In this document: positions 1-12,930 of the stretch, piece by piece | Layout: every line of letters starts with the position of its first letter | How positions within the stretch are numbered: the stretch's first letter is position 1 | Origin: Octopus vulgaris | Taxonomy: Eukaryota | Reading direction: 5' to 3' | Assembly (NCBI GenBank): GCA_951406725.2 | Contig: OX597823.1 | Location: 20,894,001 to 20,958,000 of the forward strand | DNA length: 64,000 nt | Made by a program: the position numbers and the translations under genes | Notes under the pieces: generated by a model | Told to the model about the DNA's origin: nothing | What the model saw: the letters and a program-made list of their open reading frames with translations, nothing else | Databases searched by the model: none

Positions 1-540
1 CCGTTGTATGCGGCACGTTTTTACTGATACGCACGGCTTAGTTTTTCTTGTACATCCCACGTATCTTTTTTTATTTCTCATATTGTACTTTTTGTTATAT
101 AGGTTTTCTTTTTAATTCTCATGTTTGATTTCCCTTTCTCTAATTCACAGATTAGGGATAAATCCTTTTGTTTCTTAATTTCATCTCTTATGTTCTCTTT
201 CCATTTCGGTGTTTGAGACTTGGCTGGTGTCTTTTTGTCTTCGCAAATCAAGTTCTCTGGATAACACAACAGCTGTTGAATAGATCAGATCGTTTAGTCT
301 GTTGATATCCAGGGTATCTTTTGATGTGGTCATTATTTCTCTACAGAACTATTTATTATTATTTTGTATTTTGGGGAGACACTTATGCTAACTCATAGTT
401 ATCGACTTTGTGATAATTTCTTCTAGTTCATTTTTACTTCCTCCGACACCATTGATTATAGTTGGTCTGTCATGGTGTGTGATATTTTGTTTGTTGTCGC
501 TTTGTGCTTCGGTTTTTGCTTGTCCATATGTATTATTGAT
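1..540 (-). pseudogene. Degenerate N-terminal region of an R4/Dong-like non-LTR retrotransposon ORF
   Basis: ORF 78-269 reads PKWKENIRDEIKKQKDLSLICELEKG, resembling the pre-RT P-x-W-K-x-R-I...KDLS motif of R4/Dong elements; frameshifted; boundaries approximate. Confidence 0.4.
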
Positions 541-552
541 CTTCTGTGCTCT

Positions 553-627
553 AGAGGGGGACAAGACTGTTTATGAACATAAGTGAGTTACTCGTTTGGT
601 TTACGGTATAGCTTATGATATCCTCTT
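553..627 (-). pseudogene. Penelope-like RT C-terminal fragment
   Basis: Minus strand translates YHKLYRKPNE*LTYVHKQSCPP, matching the PLE motif Y-RKPN...Y-H-x-x-S-x-HPP. Confidence 0.55.
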
Positions 628-2452
628 ATTTTCCGTACCACAAACAAAACGGGGAATTCCTCAGCATATTTAAACAGTCTTTGTCACTCCCACTATAGTA
701 TTTAAAAACATGATAATAGTTAACATCAGTAACAGGGTATCTAATCTCTCTTCTTCAAAAGTAATATCTGATAAGGCAGTCCCCTACTATATCACTGGCC
801 TAGCTAATAGTGTCTTCAAAGATAAGATATATTAGAACGCTTCAAGTATAAATATGAATCATATAACAGACTTAAATATTAACTCTAGAAAATAATATAC
901 TTCGCCATTTCTGACTCCCTAAATGTAAAAATTTACATAGGAAAGAAATTCTTGTCATTTTTAAACGAGCATTTCCTTGTAAATCACAAACATGTTGAAG
1001 ATTTTTGACAACTGCTTTCCATATATGGACAACATTATCACTCATAAGCATCACTGAGAGACTACTTCCAGTTGTAATTGCCAAGAGTCTGGAGCTTACC
1101 CACGTGACCAGGCGTGTATGATAAACTGCGTCGTATATGATACGAATGCAATTTCAAAAGAAGTTATGCAAACCACCCGTATTCTTTCTAGCACATCGAG
1201 AAAAGTAAAGCCTCTAACTTGGCTAGCTAGATATGGCGTTTGAAGAGCAACTGCACACCATATAAAATCAAGTGGAGAATCGGATTTATGGTAGAAGGGG
1301 ACCAGATTCTAATTTCCTTTCTTTCGTTTCCTATTTTTACCGTTCTTATTCCCCCTTCTAATTTTTTTCATCTACTTTCTGGGTATTTTTTGTCCACATT
1401 TCTCTTGTCCCAGTGTCCAGATTTGCAAATAAGATCTTGTGCTCAGAGATTTAGGATTGCTTCGAGACATAGCGCGTGTTAGAAAAGCTTGCTTAGATCT
1501 ATGTCTCAAGAGCAAGTTTCCATTAGTAATTCGTACCGTTAAACTGTGTGCATTGAATTATATATATATATATAGGTGTGCGTGTGGGTGTTTATGTATT
1601 TATATATATATACATATACATACATACACATACATATGTGTGCGTATACAGACAAAGAGAGAGGGAGGGAGGGGGAGTAGGGAGAGAGAGATTACAATGA
1701 TTTAGAAAGTGGGTTTTTAAACTTTGAGAAGAAATGTTGATAAAATAATGTATATATTTATCAATATACGTACACATACATATTTATTTATATATGTCAT
1801 ATGCATCTATATATATATATACGCGTGTGCTTGTGTGAATACACTCATTTTGGTATTGTATATATGTGTGTATGTATGTGTGTGTGTGATTGAAAGAGGG
1901 GGAGTGAGAGTGAGAGATAAATTATCAACATTGATATGTCGATGTTTCAATACATTCATTAAGTACGTAGGAAATTAATCTATTGTAATATCAATATTGT
2001 TTCCTTGTTCTTCCTTCAGATGTAATTTGCTCTGTGTGTATATATACCTCATAGCCCATATGCAACTAACACAATTGAATATGTTGATACATATTTATTA
2101 TGCAAGTAAAAAAATGTAGTCGCCGAGTGTAATGTGTTATACAGAACTCTAATTTCATATTTGTCGTGCATACATAACTCATTCTAATGCTCTGGATACA
2201 CCCAACAACCTTCACATGTTGAAAACGCGGCGATTGCGATTTCCTTAGCTGTTACGAAGAAACTGAACAGAATACGTCCAAAATTATTCACCAAAAATGC
2301 GTAGTAATTCATTATCTTTACATATATTGTCTCTGTCCTATAGAAACATGCTCATTTCCGTCGAAATCGATGTCCTTGTGCCTGAATATGTCCAAAATTA
2401 TTCTCCAAAAATACGTGGCTAATTATTCCTTTTCCGTATACTTTCTCTGTTC

Positions 2453-2546
<94 letters not shown>

Positions 2547-2551
2547 GTCTG

Positions 2552-2623
<72 letters not shown>

Positions 2624-2680
2624 CCTACCTACCTACCTACCTACCTACCTACCTACCTACCTACCTACCTGCCTGCCCAC

Positions 2681-2746
<66 letters not shown>
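2453..2746 (+). repeat. (CTAT)n/(CTAC)n compound microsatellite
   Basis: Read directly; explains ORF 2370-2804. Confidence 0.97.
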
Positions 2747-2747
<1 letters not shown>

Positions 2748-2751
2748 GTTC

Positions 2752-2889
2752 AAATGCCACCGAGGTCGACTTTGCCTTTCATCCTTTCAGGGTCGATAAA
2801 TTAAGTACCAATTGCATACTGGGGTCGATGTGATCGACTAGCCCCTTCCGCAAAAATTTCGGGCTTAATGTCTAGAGCATAAAAGAATA
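2752..2889 (+). mobile_element. 5'-truncated SINE family A fragment
   Basis: ccgaggtcgactttgcctttcatcctttcagggtcgataaattaagtacc core shared with many copies in the window. Confidence 0.8.
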
Positions 2890-3109
2890 GTTGTACACAT
2901 TTCTTCCTATATTGATTACACTCATGTGGTAAAAGCCATACTAGGTCACCTCCACAAGTAGTTTCAGTTAATTATGTCGATCTAAATAAATTGGTAGTTA
3001 TGTCGCCGAAAGTTTTAAGATGCAAAGAGGCAATAGGTATCAGAAGAAGAAACTCAGTTGGTATTATACATCTGCATACACACTTAGAAGACAAACACGC
3101 ACATACCTT

Positions 3110-3146
<37 letters not shown>

Positions 3147-3384
3147 ATGTGTGTGTGTGTGTGTATGTTTATGCACATATATGTGTCGATTGGCTCGACT
3201 AAAGGCGGTGATCCAGCATGGCCGCACTCAAATGACTGAAACAGGTAAAAACTAAAGGAATAATGGAAACACCTAGCATCATGGCATGATAATTTTGAAA
3301 TATCTATAAAACCGTCAAATGCTTGTTTATTTTTATGTTTTTATTTATTTATTATTGGTGTTGCTTAATAAGTTCTGCTAAAAA

Positions 3385-3672
3385 ATGACAGATCTGTCGG
3401 ACATTCAAAGAAGCTAAATTATTGGTGCTCGTAATGCAGGCACTAGCGTAACGAAAACCCGCCGAAATATTTGATGTATCAAGAAGTACTGTCTCGAACG
3501 TAAGGACAGCCCTTGAGAAAAAGGGAAAAGCATCCTCGTCTAAACAAAACTCCGGAAGAAAACCAAAACTTTCAGATAGGGAACGTCGGACTCTTACGCG
3601 AATTGTTAGAAAGGATCACAAAAGTACAGCACTCCAAATTACTGCAGAGCTTAATGACTACCTCAAGAGCAC
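3385..3672 (+). pseudogene. Tc1-family transposase N-terminal (HTH) relic
   Basis: MTDLSDIQRS*IIGARNAGTSVTKT...SGRKPKLSDRERRTLTRIVRKDHKSTAPKITAELND with stop and frameshifts; appears to resume briefly (TVPGKKL) after the LINE at ~5471. Confidence 0.75.
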
Positions 3673-5470
3673 CGGCAAACGTCAGTCGCAATCTTCTTTG
3701 CCCATGTCCAACAGAATTCCCGCTTGAACAACCAAATTGCAACGCTGGTAGACTCAACAGGCGTATCGATTGAGGACCCTTATCAACAGAGTCAGTTATT
3801 TGCCGAGGATTTTTCAACTATTTTCAAACAAGATGATGGTCGTGAACCCCCTCCATTTGATAGATCGGTACCTCCAATGCTTAGATTGGTCATCACGCGG
3901 GACGAAGTCAAACGCGTTATTGAAGGCCTCGATGTCAACAAGGATCACGACCCTGACGGCATACACCCACGGGTTATCAAAGCGTTGGCTCCGGTCATCT
4001 GCGAGCCTTTAACACGTCTATTCAATATGTCATTGGCGACGGGTTTTATACCTGCGGACTGGAGAACAGCGATAATCTTCCCAATTTTCAAGAAAGGGTG
4101 CCGCGAAGACCCGCTTAACTACCGACTGGTTTCCCTTACTTCAATAATCAGCAAGATGTTCGAAACCATCCTTAAGAAAAGTATGATGCTCCACCTCCAA
4201 ATCACAGCCTCTATCTCTGATTCCCAACACGGCTTCGTGCCGAAGAGATCATGCTTGACCAACTTACTGGTAATGGAAGAATTGGTGACGCGATTCCTCG
4301 ATGATGGTGTTGCTGTTGACATCGGTTTATTGGACTTTGCCAAAGCGTTTGACTCGGTAAACCACCGCCTATTACTTGTCAAGCTTCAAGCATATAGTTT
4401 CCATCCGGATATTGTACGATGGGTTGGTGCCTTCCTCTCAGATCGCTCCTTCCAAGTCCAAGTTAATGGTTCGCTGTCCGACGTCTCCAGTGCGAGCAGT
4501 GGCGTGCCTCAAGGTTCAGTGCTTAGGCCCTTATTGTTCTTAGTCTTCATAAATTACTTGCCCGACGACCTCACGCAACACACCCTTCTATTTGCCGGTG
4601 ATGTCAAACTGGTCGCTCCTCGCGGTGATATAGAGGATCTTCGTCGATGCCGCCACCAAATTTGGAGATGGTCTAACGAATGGGACCTGTGTCTGAACGT
4701 GTCAAAGTGCTGTCATCTGCCTGTTGGCTCTTCTCCTGCAACTCAACTTGATTTTAAGCCGGGTCGTCTGCTGCTGGAGAGGACCGACCAGGTAAAGGAC
4801 CTGGATATCTTGGTGGATTCTTCCTTTTCGCCTTCGGCCCAGTGCGTCCATGCTGCCAACAAAGCACACGGAGTTCTGTTTTTAATTGGACGGTCATTCG
4901 GAATGCTCACAGCAGCCATATTCCTACCGCTCTATGCCACGCTGGTGAGACCCATATTGGAGTACGGGATTCAAGCCTCTTCTTCTTATCTCCTCAAAGA
5001 CATACAGCATCTCGAAAGAGTCCAGAAGCTGGCTACCCGCATGGTTCTTGGTCTCAAGCATTTGTCTTATGAAGAAAGGCTGAAGACGCTCGACCTTTAT
5101 TCTCTAGAAAAACGACGACGCCGTGGTGATCTCATTTTGCTCACAACATCATAAGCGGAAAGTGTAACCTCTCGAAAGAGCTGTTCTTCACTCCTGTTCC
5201 AGAGCGTCGGCTGCGGGGTCACCCCGAAAAGCTCTATCTGCGACGATTTCATCTCAATCGAAGGAGAGGGGTTTTCTCCGTCCGGGTTGCGGATCCGTGG
5301 AATAAGCTGCCGGACGAGATAGTGAAGATGCCGACGACCGCTCGGTTCAAAGTCTCCCTTGACCACAAGTGGCCTGAACTCTTTACATGAACACCACCCT
5401 GTACATAACTCCATGTCCCCCTAAATGGCCTTGCTTTTTGCTTTTTGAGCCAAAAAAATTAACTAACTAA
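3673..5470 (+). mobile_element. 5'-truncated CR1/L2-group LINE
   Basis: RT ORF 3724-5154, continuing C-terminal motifs (RVADPWNKLP), 3' UTR ending aaaaaaattaactaactaac; interrupts the Tc1 relic. Confidence 0.88.
3724..5154 (+). pseudogene. Non-LTR reverse transcriptase ORF, 476 aa, catalytically degenerate
   Basis: NYRLVSLTSIISK, QHGF, LDFAKAFDSVNH, SGVPQGSVLRPLLF, ERVQK, RRRRGDLI; the catalytic F/YADD motif reads FAGD. Confidence 0.9.
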
Positions 5471-6597
5471 CACAGTTCCCGGGAAAAAACTGGTAAGTGT
5501 TGATTTCAATTTAAAGTTCATTCCTGTATCGCTATTTCCTTCATCAAGGATACTAATATCACGTTTGGATGTCATTTCATACGTTTTTTCATGGACGTTG
5601 ATGTTCAGTTACACTATACGAGTTTGTATTTTATATAAAATCGATTGAATGAGTTACATAAAAGACACGTTGAATAGAAATAAAACGATTAAGTCGAATT
5701 CAAAATACATGATAAGGGTGAAATTAAAAATATAGCTTTCCCGAAAATTATTATAGTGGTGAAATTTTTCTGTTTTTTTTTTTTTTTGTATTTTCATTTA
5801 TTACGGATTTATTGTTTCTTAACGAAAGAATTTAAATGTGTATTGGCATTTATGTCTACATAAGATGATAGGTATTCCACAAATATTTTATTGATGGGAG
5901 ACTTTTTACAGATTTTTTGTTATTTAACGAAAACATTTAAACGTGGAGAGGTATTTATGCCTACATGTAATAATGTCTCCCTTGACCACAAGTGGCCTGA
6001 ACTCTTTACATGAACACCACCCTGTACATAACTCCATGTCCCCCTAAATGGCCTTGCTTTTTGCTTTTTGAGCCAAAAAAATTAACTAACTAACACAGTT
6101 CCCGGGAAAAAACTGGTAAGTGTTGATTTCAATTTAAAGTTCATTCCTGTATCGCTATTTCCTTCATCAAGGATACTAATATCACGTTTGGATGTCATTT
6201 CATACGTTTTTTCATGGACGTTGATGTTCAGTTACACTATACGAGTTTGTATTTTATATAAAATCGATTGAATGAGTTACATAAAAGACACGTTGAATAG
6301 AAATAAAACGATTAAGTCGAATTCAAAATACATGATAAGGGTGAAATTAAAAATATAGCTTTCCCGAAAATTATTATAGTGGTGAAATTTTTCTGTTTTT
6401 TTTTTTTTTTGTATTTTCATTTATTACGGATTTATTGTTTCTTAACGAAAGAATTTAAATGTGTATTGGCATTTATGTCTACATAAGATGATAGGTATTC
6501 CACAAATATTTTATTGATGGGAGACTTTTTACAGATTTTTTGTTATTTAACGAAAACATTTAAACGTGGAGAGGTATTTATGCCTACATGTAATAAT
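5352..6597 (+). repeat. 623-bp tandem duplication (5352-5974 / 5975-6597)
   Basis: gtctcccttgaccacaag starts at both 5352 and 5975; copies appear identical, including the poly-T length. Confidence 0.93.
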
Positions 6598-6808
6598 GTT
6601 ATCCGAGAATTTGTTAAGCGTTTTCTTTTTATTTAGACGAACTGTATTAATTGATTCTTTTATGCATAACCTACAAGTTCGTGTATATGTATTATAAGGA
6701 GGGATTTCTGTAATTACTGACCGTATCAATTTATAGTTAATATGTTGCATTTTTAGAAGGTTAACGTATGTTGCTATTAACGTGGAAAATTTAATTTTAG
6801 GATTTCTC
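6547..6808 (-). pseudogene. Penelope-like GIY-YIG endonuclease C-terminal fragment
   Basis: NPKIKFSTLIATYV..INYKLIRSVI..PPYNTYTRTCRLCIKE..LNKFSDNIITCRHK matches the PLE ST-L...PYN...C-LC-E...LNK...CRH C-terminus. Confidence 0.8.
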
Positions 6809-6902
6809 GAATGAGTACACTTCAAATAAGTTAATGAGGATCAGCCGAAGGACAAGTCTCGTGGCAGCAGCCGCGGTAATTCCAGCTCCGGTAGCATATA
6901 TT
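6809..6902 (+). pseudogene. 18S rRNA-derived fragment (530-loop region), copy 1
   Basis: gaatgagtacactt...gaggatc...caagtctcgtggcagcagccgcggtaattccagctccggtagcatatatt aligns with the eukaryotic SSU consensus GAATGAGTACACTT...CAAGTCTGGTGCCAGCAGCCGCGGTAATTCCAGCTCCAATAGCGTATATT. Confidence 0.85.
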
Positions 6903-7127
6903 ATAATACGTTAGCATATCTCATCAGAGGATCTCGCTGATACTCCGGGTTAAAGGGTAGCTCACCTCGTAGAAGTCATGAGAAAAACCGTTCAACGCTA
7001 GCGCTATTTCAAAATGATTGAAGTATATAATATAAATACAAATATATACTATGACATATTAAATATACTATTAACTTGCTAACATGCCACCTATATTATA
7101 AAATAGTTAATATATAACAGTATCATA

Positions 7128-7289
7128 GGCGCAGGAGTGGCTGTGTGGTAAGTAGCTTGTTTACCAACCACATGGTTCCGGGTTCAGTCCCACTGCGCGG
7201 CACCTTGGGCAAGTGTCTTCTACTATAGCCTCGGGCCAACCAAAGCCTTGTGAGTGGATTTGGTAGACGGAAACTGAAAGAAGCCCGTC

Positions 7290-7350
<61 letters not shown>

Positions 7351-7570
7351 TGTGTGTGTTTGTGTGTCTGTGTTTGTTCCCCTAGCATTGCTTGACAACC
7401 GATGCTGGTGTGTTTATGTCCCCGTTACTTAGCGGTTCGGCAAAAGAGACCGATAGAATAAGTACTAGGCTTACAAAAGGATAAGTACCGGGGTCGAGTT
7501 GCTCCATTAAACCGGTGCTCCAGCATGACCGTAGTCAAATGACTGAAACAAGTAAAAGAGTAAAGAGAGA
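7128..7570 (+). mobile_element. tRNA-derived SINE family B with internal (TA)n(TG)n
   Basis: A-box-like tggctgtgtgg, B-box-like gggttcagtcc, ccttgggcaagtgtc body, gtaaaagag tail; other copies at ~9025-9422 and ~31784-32268. Confidence 0.85.
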
Positions 7571-7624
7571 ATTTTGTATTTGCACACACACACACTCACT
7601 CACACACACACACACACAGAAACA

Positions 7625-7676
<52 letters not shown>

Positions 7677-8847
7677 AAAAGAGAAAGAGAGAGGGGGAGA
7701 AATTATGGAACAATTAAAAGATAAAATCATAGCAGAATTTATAGGGTAAAAGCCTCTACACTGTTTTTTCCGACAAGTTATTGCTCAACTTGAGGTAATA
7801 ATAGAAAACTGTCTCCCAATGTGTCACATAGTAAGATCGTAGACACATCCACGTAGTTGAACTTTTGCCTACACATCTATGAAATGATGTTCTAGAAATG
7901 TATTTGAACTATACCTTAACAAAATCTTTTCTTACATAAGTAATTACTGTTTAATGCGGTTTATTTATATCATTTTATTATCTACAAATATGTACAGCAG
8001 TTCAACTGATGTCACTCTGTCAAAAGTACAAATATTTTAAATTTATTCTTTCCGCCTTTGGGAAAAGAGCATGTTCGTAAATGTAGCAATAATTCGAAAA
8101 GATAATAAATACGTCTAATTTTCTTGTTCCTGGATTTGTGTGGCAATAATTTGTTTCGTAGCCGATGGCTTTTGAATACAGACACAAATTAAACATATTT
8201 CAGGCAAAATTCCATAGAAATCATGTTAATTTTTCACAACCGTTCTTGGGGAGTCCATAAGTTTTCCACGTTTGCAAACTTAGTTGGATGACGTATTTAA
8301 AACGTTCATACGTATCGCTTCGTTTTATTTCTAAAACAGAATATTTATAATCAGTCAGTCGTAGCAGCAAAGAGAGAACGCGTGAGCTTTTAAACTAGAA
8401 GACGTTAGTGAACCTCAAGCAAATTTGAATAGCAATGTACTTCAAGCAAGTTAGAATGGAATGAGAGAGCGATAAAGCAATTTGCTTCGCTTTCACATTT
8501 TACAAAGTAAGAGCCGCTCATACATTAGAGTCAGAAATCCCACATATTTTCTTTTAACTAACCAAATCCTAATTCGACAGATTACTTGTTTCTCATTGGA
8601 TAACATTTCTGATTGGTCAAAATTCTTGATAACTTAGAATAACACGTAAAGTTCAGTGAAACTATCATCACACGTGACAAACTGCCCCCTCCTAGACTGA
8701 TGGCAAAATGATGAACAAGAAGTAGCGAAATACTGCAAGAACAGTTACATTTAATGACTAGGATGAAGGGTAATTCCAGAACAGTGTGAAAATGGTAATG
8801 TTCAGTGTATCAGCGAGATCCTCTGATGAGATATGCTAACGTATTAT

Positions 8848-8943
8848 AATATATGCTACCGGAGCTGGAATTACTGCGGCTGCTGCCACGAGACTTGTCC
8901 TTCGGCCGATCCTCGTTAACTTATTTGAAGTGTACTCATTCCA
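8848..8943 (-). pseudogene. 18S rRNA-derived fragment, copy 2 (inside inverted duplicate 8807-8983)
   Basis: ggagctggaattactgcggctgctgccac...gtgtactcattcca is the reverse complement of the same SSU segment. Confidence 0.85.
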
Positions 8944-9024
8944 GAAATCCTAAAATTAAATTTTCCACGTTAATAGCAACATATGCAAGGAAATTAAAGG
9001 AGTTTGTATCTTATATCATTTCTC

Positions 9025-9422
9025 ATTTACTTGTTTCAGACATTAGACTACGGCCATGCTGGGATGCGGTTTTGAAGAATTTTGTAGTCGAATGAGTCGA
9101 CCCCAGTGCTTACTTTTTCAAGACTTGTACTTATTCTATCGTTCTTTTACCGAACCGCCTAGTTACGAAGAGGTAAACACACCAGCACTGGTTGTCAAGC
9201 GGTGATTGGGGACAAACACAGATACAAAGACAAAAACACACACACACATGTACATATATACGTCAGGATTGTTCCAGTTTCCGTTCACTAAATCCACTCA
9301 CAAAGCTTTTGTTGGCCCAAGGCTATAGAAGAAAACACCTGCCCAAGGTACCACGCAGTGGGACTGAACCCGAAACCATGTGGTTGGATCAAACTTCTTA
9401 ACCCATAGCCAAGTCCACGTCT
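9025..9422 (-). mobile_element. SINE family B, diverged copy
   Basis: Reverse complement of the family B head (gggactgaacccg) and tail (tttacttgtttcag). Confidence 0.75.
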
Positions 9423-9884
9423 ATGCCAAATTCAAGTGAGTTTTTATTTTTTCTTGCAAGTGTGTGCATTATTATATGTGGTCCGTGCGAGGTGTTCCTT
9501 GAAATAATCATGTTTGTAGAAAATGAATATGGTAAGGCCAATTGGTATTTTGTTTTTAAATTATATCAACTTATGTTACCACGACCTTTTATTAGAGGCT
9601 AAGTTGATAAGCGTTGAAAACTACAGAATGTACAACGCTTGTTGCTTCTCGATACCATAGTTAAGTCACCTCATATTCACGGCTTGTATTCCTGCAAAGT
9701 ATCTGTCAAATAAATCAATACGGAACATACAATACGCACGCCACTCGTCTTAATTACAAACAAAATTACATGTTGCTTTCTAATAGGCTATTAGAATGCA
9801 TGTAAACTAATTGAAAAGATTAATTACAAATTAAAGAAAGGCGACAAGTAAATTGTACTCCTGCAAAAGAGGATTTATGGAATA

Positions 9885-10231
9885 CTAGCAGTATCGCCCG
9901 GCGTTGCTCGGGTTTGTAAGGGAAATAACTATAAAGCATTTTTAGAGAGTTATAGCCAAAAAATAGCAAAAAAATGCATCGTAGACATTTTTAGAGAGTT
10001 ACTTCCCTTATATAATAGCGACAAAAATGCATTAAAATGGAAAAAAATGATGGTAAATTATTTTTAAAATCGTAGACTCATCGTAGACGCGCGCTAATAC
10101 CCAGAAGGGCTCGATATGAATCACGACTATAAGATACCCGGTTTTGGTTAAAATGCACCGCAAAATATGGGAGTAGTTAGGAATCTAAATCGTAGGAGAC
10201 AGACACACAACCTTACTTTTATATATAAAGA
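9885..10231 (-). mobile_element. Non-autonomous Helitron family 1
   Basis: On minus strand: 5' TC, 3' CTAG, subterminal hairpin cccg...cggg, inserted between A and T with no TSD; three copies in the window. Confidence 0.85.
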
Positions 10232-10703
10232 TAACATACGTTCAAGTCATAATCTGTTACATAAATGAGGAATTACTACTGTAACTCTATTGATCTTGGT
10301 GTCATATTTTTCTAAAATTCTGGTAAGAAATAGCGATTCTACATCTATCTTATTCATTTGTTACTGAGACGTCTCTTGAAAGCTATGGTGGTGCCGATGT
10401 ATCCTCATTGATTTAACACATAAAGTGCGACGGGCCACGGTCGTGGCTGTCAGGCACAGGTCAACAGGCCACAATCGTGGCCCAGATAGATACATTTGAT
10501 TTATGGGCGTTTGTTGAAATGTCTATCAATGATTTTTCAGATGATGTAAAACTTGCCACCATTATATACTAAGAAGATATTTTACCTATTTTTAGGCTTT
10601 TTATATGTGCATGGTAGTCTCATTTCCATAAAATGTGTTCAGCTGTCCATGCTGTGTAAGTGAAAATCCCAGCGCTTTAAGGGTTAACATACTGTATGAC
10701 TTG

Positions 10704-10922
10704 TAAGGCGGTGAGCTGGCAGAAATTTTAGCATGCCGGGCGAAAAGCTTAGCGGTATTTCGTCTGTCTTTACGTTCTGAGTCAAAATTCTGCCGAGCTC
10801 GACTTTACCTTTCATCTTTTCGAGGTCGAAAAATTAAGAACCAGTTGCGTACTGGAGTCGATCTAATCGATTGGCCGCCTCCTCCCAAAATTTCGGGCCT
10901 TGTACCTAGATTAGTAAAGCTT
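10704..10922 (+). mobile_element. SINE family A, full length
   Basis: Head ggcggtgagctggcaga, conserved core, 12-bp TSD ctgtatgacttg (10692-10703, 10923-10934). Confidence 0.88.
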
Positions 10923-11639
10923 CTGTATGACTTGAGTATGTTGTATCGTAGTTGGAACGGATATTTCTAGCGGAAGTCAAACTGTTACGCATGTGAAAAC
11001 TTAGTGGAATGGGAGAGAATGCAACCCGAGTATTTAAAGAGGACAAACATCAAATCTGACGGCTGACTAACAAGAATCTAATGAGTTGTTTATGAATTTG
11101 TAAACCAATAGCTGTCTTCTTTAATCAGACAATATGTGTGTAATTAAATATTATATCTCTTTGACCGAAAGTTTTCAAGTGAAAATTTAAAATATTTATC
11201 GAACGTCACGCATTCAACTCAGAATTTGTCAATAGGTTTTTTTTTTGTTTTCGAATTTCGAAATCTCCAGAAAAAGATAGAAGTATATTCGTAAATATAT
11301 AACAACAACACGAGATAAAATTTCATTTCCATCAGAGATGGTTTTAAATAGGTTTAAAGTAATTTTGATTTTGAAACTGTTTAATCGTTTCTCCCTGTCA
11401 GTGTATGTTTAAGACATGGCAATTTTTTTTACGGTCTAGCTTGTAATTTAAGATTCAGTCAATCAGGGGTTTTAATACTTTTAGATTTGCTAATATATAC
11501 GAGTCTTCACCTTCTATGTTGTTTAAGGTTATATATATATAGATAGATGATAATATATCCTATCTAAATTATCAACCTTTAAATAATGTGAAAACATCGA
11601 CCAACCTGTTAAGATTGTGATAATTTTAAAATTACATGA

Positions 11640-12930
11640 CAACGCCCCGACAAGCTATTGCTTACCAACAACACGTCATTAGATTTGCATAGCGTGTTGA
11701 AGTCGTTTACGTGGCCAGATGTTAGAAAAGAAGCCTTCATTGTATTTCACAGTGGGGACCTCAAAAACATTATGTTACACACTGATGATTTGTTCTTAAC
11801 ATTAAAAGGTTTTCTTTAAAATATAATTTGCTCCAACACAGTTTCCGTGCGAGGACCTTTCACAGGAAGAATCACTTTCTCTCCCTATTTCTCCCAATAT
11901 CGGTTCAACACAAGAAAGATGTACTAGTTATTGATAAAAATGCAGTTACAGATGGAGTTTTGTCAAGTACTTGATCCAAACCAGAATAAAGAGACTGTCT
12001 ATTTCTTTTCGCATAAGGAAGTTTGGGCGAACGTGTAATGGATTTGGAGCTGTCAATATATAAGTAATAACATCCAACCTCTTCCTTAAACGAAAAAGTC
12101 TTGCTTGATGAAAATGTAACAGCGAATTACTCTGGAAAGAGAAATAAATTTTATATATCATTTTATTTCCATATGGATGGTCGTTTCTGTTAATGCCAAT
12201 GATGTTAATGGATTTTCGCGAGTTTATCTGAAAGGCATGATGTTAGTGAATGCCAACTATTCACTGGTTCATCAATACAAAGCTTAAATACAGTTTTATT
12301 GCACAATGGAAATTGAAAAGCATGTATCCGGTTCGCTTATTTACTGCATTTAAAGGTATTTTGTGTTAACATCGAGATTTTTATGCAATTCAATGCAACA
12401 ATCCCCAACCGAATCTTTGTGGAGATTTTAAAGTAAATGTTATGTTAATGGAGAAGGTTTTTATGTCTTTTGGGAAGTTATGCTATTACAGAACATTGTA
12501 ACAGAAAAAGCATGGCCAACCATAATTTCATATATACCTGGAAGAAATAAAATTCAATCAGTTCTTTCAGTAGATCCGAAGAAATAGTTTTAACATTTCT
12601 CTATGTTAAGTTTGATTTAATGAAGGTATTTGTTCAGACCATATTTAAAAAGATTCGAAAGTATTTCAGTTTCTCTCATAAATGCCTTCGCCATTAAGTA
12701 TTGCAAAAAGTAAAGGAGGTTCTTATTATAGAAAGTCAAGTGCAAGATGCTTTAAAAGATAGCGCCGTTGATAAAATAATGATTACAACTGAAAGCTTGA
12801 CAAGCATACAGGCAGATGTATTCTAACATCTTAGAATTTATAGGAATATATCTTTTGGAAATGGAGTTGAAAATCTGATTGCGACTTTCAAAAATATGGG
12901 TTGTTGCATGTAACGTGAAATATATTTAAC
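11640..12930 (+). pseudogene. Chapaev3-like (CMC superfamily) transposase relic
   Basis: Ordered degenerate motifs NDVNGF, SLNTVLLHNGN, AYLLHLK, LCGDFKV, IPGRNK..VDPKK, YVKFDLMKVFV, MGCCM; many stops and frameshifts. Family assignment from memory. Confidence 0.6.

Noticed and set aside
3724-5154. Active reverse transcriptase gene
   Set aside because: No endonuclease domain, catalytic motif mutated to FAGD, frameshifted C-terminus.
6809-6902. Functional 18S rRNA gene
   Set aside because: Only ~95 nt, diverged, with no flanking rRNA sequence.
8050-8330. hAT transposase remnant (similar hint at ~14100-14200)
   Set aside because: Too degenerate to support by eye.
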